From assembly GCA_004764695.1 (NCBI GenBank), contig SMSO01000037.1, positions 4,130,747-4,194,746 on the forward strand: a DNA stretch of 64,000 bases, read 5' to 3'. Source of the DNA: Schizochytrium sp. TIO01 (lineage: Eukaryota; Protista; Bigyra: Labyrinthulomycetes). Positions 33,558 to 42,989 of this stretch are shown in pieces. Within the stretch, counting starts at the first letter, position 1; each line of letters starts with the position of its first letter. A program made the position numbers and the translations under genes. The notes under the pieces were generated by a model that saw only the letters and a list, made by a program, of their open reading frames with translations, was not told where the DNA came from and did not search any database.

Positions 33558-35328
33558 TTGGACTTGTCACGGTTTGCATGAATGAAGCTATCTATGTATT
33601 ACTGCTTCTACTTTTCCCCTAATGGCGGGAGAGAGCTGTGCGAATGCCTGATTTCTTTGCGAAAAGTTTGTGATTCCTATGAGCAACAAAATTTGTCTAA
33701 ATTTATTGTAAGACAACGGTGCATCAATGTTAAATGCATCTTTGCTTACGCAAGAAGCTATTGCTGGCGCTCAACCATATTAATTTCTCTAGTTTTACCT
33801 TTTTTACTTTTTTTAACCTTTTTTTTTTAACCCTTCAAACGTATACATTTGAAAATTGACCATCTTTTACTTTGCGACGCCACCAGGAATGGATGTTATT
33901 TTACATGTGAGTTTGGTTATGGCGTGCTTGTCGCATCTATAATCCAACGTTGCAATTGCGAAAACTGGCCAGGTCGGTGAATTAGACAAACTTGACATGG
34001 TTTAGGGGGGAGAATGCTTCTTGCATGGTCCCCTGTGACCTGTCATCAAATCACAGATACCCCGGCGAGCTACCCAGTGGGTCCCAGCTATTCAGTAATA
34101 TTTCAATTGCAGATTACGTTTCCTGCAGAGTTAAGCCCCCTTCCTTTATGATCTCCTCGCGTGCTCGGTCCTTGACATATGTTCAGGTTGGCCATTTCTG
34201 CCGACCGTAATCTCGGTATTTTTAATCTCCCTATCTATTTGGTCAATTTAGTTTTTGCTGGGGCCTCAAAATAGGCAAAATTGCAAGCAAGCCCAATTTT
34301 TCAATTTACAAGGGTGTCTTCGGGGCCAAGTCCTTTCCGTGTACTTTCCTTGACCAAATCCAATCTTACGGACGGCCCTTGCCATGCTTTTCTCGTGCTG
34401 CCCTGGGCTCGCCGCAGTCCTTCACAGGTTCAACAAGCTCACAGGTTCTCCACAGCATTCACCCGAAACGATGCTACTGCGGGGAAAGATTTCATCACAT
34501 GCTTATTTGGCACCATGGCGCGAAGTCCTGTGGCATTTAGAGCTCCGAGCTCGCTCGCCCTTGGGTGGATCGCGGCCACGCCAGAGGCAGCTCCTGCGGG
34601 CCTTGACGGAGCCCTCCCCGCTGGCGCCACGAGGCCTCGAGGCGTCGCGGCGAGGGTCCCAGGCTCAGGGAACCAACAGCCCACAAGTAGTACTACTTTA
34701 GTACAACCACCCAACAGGAAGGAAGTAGAGAGAGGGGGAGAAAGAGAGAGGGAAAGAGAAAACTTTACAGGGAGAAAGAGAGAGGGGACACAAAAAGTTC
34801 TTATAGCCTTGTGAGAGGAGAGGCTTTTGGAGAGCTCTGCGAAATAAAACTTTTGTGAACTCTGTCTTTCAAGAAGAACGAATGCACGCGATGGCGATGG
34901 ATACGCCGCCTTTGCCCGCCTGCTCTGCCCGGTCTCCGGATGAGCGGCGTCGCTGCGTACACCCAAGTTTTGCGAGGGTAGAGTTTGCTAGCTAGCTAGC
35001 TGTTCGTTCGTTCGTTCGTTCATTCGTTCGTTCATTCGTGTTTTCTTTGGAGCTGCTGCCTGCCTGCATCTGTCTTGGACCCTCAACATCCTCGCGAAGG
35101 GCCAAACTTCAAACGCACGTGCAGTAGAAACCAAACCGTCGAGCAGGAAATAACCACTCTTTCAAAGCGCTGTCAGTCCTTCAAGGAAAGGCCATCATGG
35201 GTTTCGATACCTTCTGCCTGCGTGGGCACAATCCACCCAAATGCACCCAGCAACAACACTAACTACTGAGCCAAGTCTCTCGAGGTCCACGAAGGATCAC
35301 GCGTGCTCTGCTCTGCGACTCTGAGATA

Positions 35329-35364
<36 letters not shown>
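35329..35364. repeat. (GCT)n microsatellite
   Basis: Direct inspection. Confidence 0.9.
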
Positions 35365-35365
<1 letters not shown>

Positions 35366-35967
35366 AGGTAGTTGCGTACTTCTCCACTTATCTTCGCTCG
35401 CGGGTCTGAGGTCGCAGCGCACAAACAATCATCAGTTATCTATACCAATCAAGGAGGAAACGGCCTTCCAAACTTTTTTAATTCCATTTTACCGAAGATG
35501 AAAACCAAAAACCGCACATGTGCATCCATGGTATTGCCGCCTTCGTGTTTAATTTTAACTTTAAAACAATAAGAATAATGATAATAATAATTATTATTAT
35601 TATTACTGCTATAGGTATGTATTATTCTTGAAAGGATCCCTCTCTCTCTGTCTCTGTCTCTGTCTCGTATACGGAGAGAGCGAAATAAAGAGAGGCCAGG
35701 CGCCAAGATATTTGCCGAGGCCCGTGGCCAGTGGCTAGCCTGGCCGCCGCCCCACAAAGCAAGCTCTGCGGCGGCCTCCTCTTCGCAGCGGCCCCGCTCG
35801 CGGAGGAGGCCTGACCGATGGATCGATGGATTGAGCACGATTGAGTAGTTAGCTATTTGGCTGTTTGTTTATTTGGTGGTTGAAGTGGTTGGTTGGTTGG
35901 TCCGTGGAAAGAGAAAGAAGAAAGAGAGGAGGAAGGTGGAAAGAAAGTGATGTGTATCCATGGATTT

Positions 35968-35970
35968 GGA

Positions 35971-36014
<44 letters not shown>

Positions 36015-36120
36015 AGAAGAAAGAGAGAAAGAGCGCAACACTTGTGAAAACTAAAAGGCGCTTAGGCCCCAAAAGAATCGAGCAGACGGAAACAAAAAGA
36101 AAGAGAGAAAAAGGAAGGAA

Positions 36121-36162
<42 letters not shown>
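35968..36162. repeat. Two (GAAA)n tracts
   Basis: Direct inspection, ~35968-36020 and ~36117-36162. Confidence 0.85.
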
Positions 36163-37080
36163 AGTCAAAGAGAATCGTCGTGAAAAGCAAAGTCGGAGAC
36201 CATGGAAACTAATCGAAGCCAGCTCTGCCAAGGTACGAGGAGTGAGGCCAGCCAGCCAGCCAGCCAGCGGCGTGCTAGCCTCTGTACCATGCACATACGC
36301 ACGTACCTACCTGCCTTCCCACGCAGATCGACCCTGCAAAAGTCGATAAACGCCATCATCGCTCCTTCAATTCATTCTCGTGATCTGGTAAAGAAAACTT
36401 GCAGCGCTGAAAAGGAAAGGAAAGGAAAGGAAAGGAATCGAAGAACTACTGTTTAACATTAGGCTCCACTAACATTCTGTCGAGTCTCATTTAATTTTAT
36501 CTTATCTCGTCTTCTCCTTTCTTCTTCTTCTTCTTCTTCTTCTTCTTCTTCAATTGGCGATACTTAGTTTTGATTTATTTTGTTTTAGTTTTAGTTTTAG
36601 CTTTAGTTTTAGTTCTATTCTGATTTTGTTTTCAGTGTCCATAGTAATGGCGCTAATCAGTCAGTCAGTCAGTCAGACCTCTGCCCAACGAGAAGCTGCC
36701 GCAGCATAAGATTTTGCACTCCCAAAGCCGCCTCTGCCCTTCTGCTCAGGGTCGGTCTTTTCGAGGCGGGCGCAGGCACTCTGTTTGCAGGCAGGGTGGA
36801 GGAACCAGGATGGACTGGCCAGCTTCGTGTCCCTCGGCCGACCGGAGCGCAGCTGACTGATTCAACGAGCTGAGAAAGAAAACAAAGGCGCTCCATCCGC
36901 CTCTCTTTGTTATTGAATAGCTTTGTGAAGAAAGAAGGATCAAGAAAAGACCAACAAAGAGGTAGGAGCAGTTAGTTAGGAGGAATAGTCCCTCATGATG
37001 CTAAGAGACATTAATTAGTACGGCGGTATTGATGGCACCTGCTAATGTAAGAGGCTTTTTGATGATCATAAACAGACAAA

Positions 37081-37155
37081 GAAATGAACAATCAAAGCAA
37101 TAAATGAACAATCAAAGCAATAAATGAACAAATAAAGCAAGAAATGAAAAATCAG
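37081..37155 (+). repeat. 20-bp tandem repeat x3.5 (AAATGAACAATCAAAGCAAT)
   Basis: Direct inspection. Confidence 0.8.
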
Positions 37156-37238
37156 CATTCAGAGACGACGTGTACTAGTAATAGTAGTAGGTCTGCAGTA
37201 GTGGAAGGGAGAAATTATTTAGAGAAAGAGAGAAAGAG

Positions 37239-37239
<1 letters not shown>

Positions 37240-37307
<68 letters not shown>
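37240..37307. repeat. (GAAA)n microsatellite
   Basis: Direct inspection. Confidence 0.9.
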
Positions 37308-37308
<1 letters not shown>

Positions 37309-37457
37309 TTGGCGAGCGAGAAAGCATTCTCATTCCATACTCCTCAGGCTTTGAGCTTTCGGCTGCGAGCAAGGAGCACGGCCGAGGCGCCCGTGCGAGC
37401 GAGCGCCGAGACAACCAATCAGGCTTGCAGACGATAGCTTAAACCATACAGTGGTTA

Positions 37458-39677
37458 ATGCCCAGCACGAGGTCGTCTTGCTGCGGCAAACCTCGCTCCG
37501 GCCGTCTTGGGGCCGACACCGCCGCTCAGTCATCCTCCCCAGGCAGCCTTCCTTCACCAACTCCTCGCGGGAAGGATCTCCCGCCTCCGAAGATGAACTC
37601 CTCGTCAACTTCTACGATGTCTTCTCCACCATCGCCGCCTGCAACATTCCCAATAACCCCAAACGCGGCATCCTCTTCGGCACCATTTACATCATCCAAC
37701 AACAACAGCAACAGCACCAATAACACAAGCAACAACAATAACCATAACAACAGTATCAGCAGTAACATCAGCAATGGGAATAGCAAGCTTGGCTACACCG
37801 CAAAGAACAACATCGCTTCTGACATTAATACTAGCAGCAACAAAGTGAAGAATGATAACAACGACAGTAAGAGCAGCTCCAGTGAAACCCTCCATTCACC
37901 AAAGTCTAGTACAAGTGCTCTAAGCAGTGGGCGTCGCCATGAGCGAGGTTGGATCATTTTTGGTGTAGTGCAGCGCACAAGGCTTATGGGCAAGGCGTTG
38001 CGGTTCCTGGACTTGGAGGTGGAATCGGTGCTGCCACCAAGACCTGATGTAGGATTGTCAACAGATGTGCCAGACGATGCAGCGGATCTGAGAGCGTGCC
38101 TGGGACAGGTTTCGCGAGGGGATGTGGTCAAACTTTGCCTGCGTCGTGGAGATTTTGAGGACCCTGAGGAGTTCCCATCGCATCGCAGCGCACTCAAGGT
38201 TAAGGACGGAGTTTACGTCTCTGTCATTGGGGTTGACAGCGATGCGCCAGATGTTGTCAATGCCAGCAGCATTGGCGTTAATAAGAACGGAGAAGCCAAC
38301 CGCAGTATTGAAAGCAAGCCTGGTGCTAACGAAAACCCCAGTTGCGTGGACGCCAAGAAGAGCGACAGTGGCCATGTTAGCGGTAGCGGTAGCACCAGTA
38401 GTGGAAGTCACAGTGAGGATGCACGACGCTCGGACACTGGATCTGACACACAGGAAGAGGCTGCTCCAGTCCCCGAATCAGAGTTCGCAAAGCCTAGAGG
38501 GCCGTTGTCAACGTCGTCATCAGCTTCGGGAGCAGATAGCAAATCAATTAGTTCTCGATCCATAGGTGGGTCTCTGGCGTCCGAAGTGCCAAGATTGCGC
38601 GTATGTCACTGGCATCTTCTCAAAAGAGACCCTGGAGAGGGCTCAGCGATTCGCAAATGGAAAAGACCCCGTTGGGAGGTGGAGTCAGTTGCAGAGCCGG
38701 CACAAGTTGACGTATTGTGTCGCAATTGGATCTACTCAGGCCAGTGTGCTCAACACTTGTTGCAACCACAACCTTCAGATACGCCCGCGAGCGGTGAGAC
38801 TGGTAGCGATAATGAGGAGTCAGCTAATGCGCTCAATGGAATTAATTCTGCAGGTGGTTTTGACACCTCAAGTAATACTCCTCGTCGAAGGTATGCTTGC
38901 CCTTTCAGACACTTTGTGCGCGATAAAGAAGAAGAGGAGCGTGTGAATCGGTTGCGCAGAAATCACATGCGCATGATGGCACAAGGTGCAGCGGAGCTTT
39001 CCATCTACAACGATGGGCACTCGATCATGGAGATTAGGGAACGCTCTAAACGGTCAGCACTCTTTGCAAGGTGGTTACTGGAGACTTTTGGAATCGCAAA
39101 CCTCGCCGCAGGGGGCGGCGTGTTGGATATTGCTGGTGGTAAAGGCCAAAATTGTTTCCAACTTGTGGAGCAAAGTGCCTGCTCCTCATTACGTACTACG
39201 GTGATTGATCCGGTGGCACGTCGTACACTCGTGCCAAAAAGGCATCGCCGCCGCATTGTGAAACTGCAGTGTAAAATGCCGACATTTCGCCACGTTTGCT
39301 TCGATGAGGACTTTGTGAAAAATGATGATGGACTCAAAGTTGTCAGTGAGGCATCATGTCTGATTGGCATGCATCCAGACCAGGCCACGGGATCAATTGT
39401 GAAAATGGCTATCAAGTTTAAGAAACCGTTTGCAGTTGTACCGTGTTGCGTTTTCGCGCAAAATTTCACTGAGCGTAAGACACCTTCAGGTAAACGTGTT
39501 GAGACTCTTAACGAATTCACGGAATGGCTCCTTGCGCACCATCCCAACATGAAGGTTGATTTCTTGCCCTTTTCTGGTCGTAACAAGGTCTTGTATATGC
39601 TCCCGCACCATTTTGCCTCTCCCAAGGTTCATACTAATGATGATACAAATAGCACAAATACTAATAACAACGAGTAG
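37458..39677 (+). CDS. Putative SAM-dependent methyltransferase with OB-fold-like and CCCH zinc-finger-like modules and S/N-rich low-complexity regions
   Basis: Class I MTase motif I VLDIAGGKG, then VIDP, GMHPDQAT, PFAVVPCCVF and LPFSGRNKVLY. OB-like IFGVVQRTRLMGKALRFLDL. Split CCCH: CRNWIYSGQC...CPFRH. Confidence 0.7.
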   Translation: MPSTRSSCCGKPRSGRLGADTAAQSSSPGSLPSPTPRGKDLPPPKMNSSSTSTMSSPPSPPATFPITPNAASSSAPFTSSNNNSNSTNNTSNNNNHNNSISSNISNGNSKLGYTAKNNIASDINTSSNKVKNDNNDSKSSSSETLHSPKSSTSALSSGRRHERGWIIFGVVQRTRLMGKALRFLDLEVESVLPPRPDVGLSTDVPDDAADLRACLGQVSRGDVVKLCLRRGDFEDPEEFPSHRSALKVKDGVYVSVIGVDSDAPDVVNASSIGVNKNGEANRSIESKPGANENPSCVDAKKSDSGHVSGSGSTSSGSHSEDARRSDTGSDTQEEAAPVPESEFAKPRGPLSTSSSASGADSKSISSRSIGGSLASEVPRLRVCHWHLLKRDPGEGSAIRKWKRPRWEVESVAEPAQVDVLCRNWIYSGQCAQHLLQPQPSDTPASGETGSDNEESANALNGINSAGGFDTSSNTPRRRYACPFRHFVRDKEEEERVNRLRRNHMRMMAQGAAELSIYNDGHSIMEIRERSKRSALFARWLLETFGIANLAAGGGVLDIAGGKGQNCFQLVEQSACSSLRTTVIDPVARRTLVPKRHRRRIVKLQCKMPTFRHVCFDEDFVKNDDGLKVVSEASCLIGMHPDQATGSIVKMAIKFKKPFAVVPCCVFAQNFTERKTPSGKRVETLNEFTEWLLAHHPNMKVDFLPFSGRNKVLYMLPHHFASPKVHTNDDTNSTNTNNNE

Positions 39678-39950
39678 ACGCTGTAAAAGGGTCCGAGAGC
39701 CGCAAAAATCTCATATTCGTTATCTTCTGTTTCTATTTTTGAGTCTGTATTATTTTGTTTGATTTTTCTTTTTCTCAATTATTCCTTGTCCTATTTTGGA
39801 ATATAGTGCGACCCAACCATTAAACTCACATTTTATTTGATCATCATATTCTGTAGTGTGGCTATATGATGAGATTATCTATATATATTTGGAACATCTA
39901 GCTAGCCAATGGCATATTGAACGTCATCAGGAGTGAGAGTACTTCCTTTG

Positions 39951-41807
39951 TCAAAGGGGAGCAGCGACCTCAACCTCCTTAAGCTGAATTGCGTCAGTGA
40001 AGAGAACAAAACGGTGCTCTTTATAAGAGTGGTTACGCTTTCTTGATCTATCGCTTTCATAAGCAGCTCCAACAAGGGCGCCACACGACGTACAGAACAC
40101 ATCTCTAATCATGAACGCAGATCCTCCATTGTATCGTTCGAGACGCGCAACTGACAATGCCGTTGCTTTTGCATCAAGGGCATTCATATATATTGCATTA
40201 CTTTCTGAACGATCTTCTGTTCTCCAAGTTCTTTTAGCGCATAGAATTTGGTTTGTGTCCGCAAATGTAGTAGTACAGGCTTCGCCAGAGGAAGCTTTCC
40301 CTTTGCATACGATTCCCTGCGGCTTGGAGCTTAAGACCCTTGGGTAAAGCATACCTTCTAGCGACTTTAAGGACGAGCCATGACTCCACTCCAAGTATCG
40401 CCCACACAAAACAGTACGTTGAACAGGCTTGTAACGAATAAGACGGCCTGTTTCAACATCCACCATCGTTTTCGCTTGGGGATCTGAATCAAATGTATCC
40501 ATAGAAATTCGAAGCATGCGAGGTGATCCATATAAAGCGGTAGTTCGAATGATCGCCGGGAAGATACAGTTGTCTAAATTTGAAGTTGTTTGTGTTCCTG
40601 CTGTTGTTGTAGGGAGTCTTATTTCAGGATCGTTGTTTTGCTCTGTTGGGGAGTTTTCCTCTTGGAGCGTGGCTGTGGTAATGGGTCTAAAGTGCAAGCT
40701 CGCTTCAGGCACGTCTGCGATATCTTGGTATGTTTCATTACCAGAAAAGGCCAAAGGTCCACGATGAGCAACGGACTCAATTCGAACGCCAAGCTCACGG
40801 TAGCACGTAGGGCAGCTAACAGTGGCCGCCTCGTAAGACCAATTGGGTTGTGTGCGTGGTACAAATACACACATGTTACTTCGACGCACATTACATGCAC
40901 GAACATAAATATCTAATTCGCGCTTCACATCAGTGTCAGCCAAAACTACTCTTGGACCTGTCTCTCGTTCGTTGTCACGGTCAAGTACCACATCCTGAGG
41001 GCGACATATGGGGGTTTTGCAGCCCGAGCAGCAAAACGCTCCAGCATCGTTGCCGTATACCCAAGGAATTGGGTATATCGCGGAGCTATCAATCCGACGT
41101 CTCTTGCTGGGAGGGCCACTCATCTTAGAATATTCTAGAGCTGCCGAAATAATCTCATGCCGACGCTTGTCAGCAGCTTCCAAAGCTGCCTGCAAGCCTA
41201 CTTGAGCATCATTCTTTTGTTGCTCACGTTGAAGATTTAATCGCCGAAAAAGCTGCACAAACATATTTCTTACCGAAGCGCGCATGACAACTTCATCGTT
41301 GGACGCGGCCAAGGGGTCTGGAACTCCAACGCTAGTATCAATGGGTGGCAAACGGGGGGTTTGTGTTTGCATACCTGTTGTGGCCACGCGCCTAGCAATA
41401 GTGGTGCTCATTGTGTGAGCTGAGTTCATATCAGCGGTGTCAGTGGAAACATCCACCGCGTGAGAACTAGGGTTAACGTTATCTGCATTGACTTCGACTG
41501 CATCACCAGCGTCATCGTCATTATCGTCATCATCATCTTCTTCATCAAGTAACGTGGCAGTCTCTACTAATTCTAAGTGCTGAGCATCTGATTCAGAGAC
41601 ATCATCACCAAAGTCTATATCGTGAAATTCATGTACCGATACTACACACTCACAGGAAGTACCTACGTGCTGCATGTGCGTTTCTTCTTGAGTTGCAATG
41701 TCAGGGATCAAACAGTTTTCCGCAGACCGCTCTTGCGAGGAGTTTTGCTGGTCTTGGCCATTCTGTGCCTGGTCATTGGAATTTTGAGATTGCTGTTTTC
41801 CTGACAT
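39951..41807 (-). CDS. Protein with two Yippee/Mis18-type zinc-binding domains
   Basis: Domain 1: FCCSGCKTPIC...VSCPTCYRELGVRI. Domain 2: IVCKG...C...IRDVFCTSCGALVGAAYE...YKEHRFVL, matching the Yippee consensus (DIFC..C...VGW.YE...YKEGKFIL). Confidence 0.7.
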   Translation of the reverse strand: MSGKQQSQNSNDQAQNGQDQQNSSQERSAENCLIPDIATQEETHMQHVGTSCECVVSVHEFHDIDFGDDVSESDAQHLELVETATLLDEEDDDDDNDDDAGDAVEVNADNVNPSSHAVDVSTDTADMNSAHTMSTTIARRVATTGMQTQTPRLPPIDTSVGVPDPLAASNDEVVMRASVRNMFVQLFRRLNLQREQQKNDAQVGLQAALEAADKRRHEIISAALEYSKMSGPPSKRRRIDSSAIYPIPWVYGNDAGAFCCSGCKTPICRPQDVVLDRDNERETGPRVVLADTDVKRELDIYVRACNVRRSNMCVFVPRTQPNWSYEAATVSCPTCYRELGVRIESVAHRGPLAFSGNETYQDIADVPEASLHFRPITTATLQEENSPTEQNNDPEIRLPTTTAGTQTTSNLDNCIFPAIIRTTALYGSPRMLRISMDTFDSDPQAKTMVDVETGRLIRYKPVQRTVLCGRYLEWSHGSSLKSLEGMLYPRVLSSKPQGIVCKGKASSGEACTTTFADTNQILCAKRTWRTEDRSESNAIYMNALDAKATALSVARLERYNGGSAFMIRDVFCTSCGALVGAAYESDRSRKRNHSYKEHRFVLFTDAIQLKEVEVAAPL

Positions 41808-42989
41808 TGCTCAATTGTTGTCTCTTCCCAGCGTACTAAAACCCGTCGAAATATCGAAAAATCAGAATATCGCGAAGAGACTACGTTGTCAACTCCACGA
41901 TTCAAGCAACTCTCGCCCCTACCTTTCCTTTTGATTGCTTGCTCTCGTACTCCTCTGAGAAGCTCGACAAGGCTGCGAGGGCCGTCAGGAGAGATCTCAC
42001 AAATTATAAATCGTCAATCGTGTTCACGGATGGATGAGTTAGGAAGCAAAAGTCACAGGTCTCCCTGACAAATCCCTGCCACAGTCCTGGGTCCTTACTC
42101 GCTGGCAAAAAGACTAAATTCCACGCACGACACTCTCGCAGGTGCTTACTAAACCCAGAGAAGAGCTGGGTTCTGTCAAATAGAAGAAGAAGCACGGCCC
42201 AATGCAGCACGGGCTTTGTTCATTCAAAATAGTGCGATTTCGTCACGCCAAGCAAACACAGAAAAAAGAAAGAAAAGAAAAAGAAACCCATAGTAGTTAT
42301 AGGTATAATAGAAACTTAGAAAAGGTAGATAAACAACAAAATGCGGGATTCCGCGCCGCACCTAATTTTAGGTGTGCGGACCAAGTGTGCCGTGTAGGGG
42401 TGCGCGTGAGGACTACTGAAGTGTGCGCTTGCGGATTCCAAAGGCAGGAAGGATGGTGAAATAAAATGTGGGAACATCATACTAGATATCCTCTATGGGT
42501 ACCTACCTCATTATGAGGATTTGGGGCTCTAGTTTGCAAGATGGTTCTTAACATTAATACAGGCTTTTATTCAGGTAGTAGCCTTTGCAAATTAGCAGGC
42601 ATGTATTGCATTTGATACTGAAATCAATCTGCGGAGTGAACACCTCGATCAAAAATCAAAGAACTTCCTTAGTTGGTTGGTTTGTATGGAGGGTGGATCT
42701 TCTAATTCTGTGATTTTGGAATAAAGACACATCAGGATGTTGTTGGTATTTAGATTGTTACCTATGGTTTTCAGGTGCCAGGAACAACACAAGTCGAGAG
42801 GCAGGAGAGGTGGCGCACAGGGAGGGAAAGTAATCAAAGAGGGAGGCAATAGTTAGTCAAACATAAGTAGGAAAAAGATAGAGTAGGAAGAAGGGAAGGT
42901 TGTGCGCACGCCAAAACCGGGATAGGGAAGAAGAATCTCTCTCACGTTCATCCATTTACGCTGGGCCATGCGAGGGCACAGACGAGGCT

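Noticed and set aside
35853-37437. ORFs rich in KERK/FFLS repeats
   Set aside because: Translations of (GAAA)n microsatellites.
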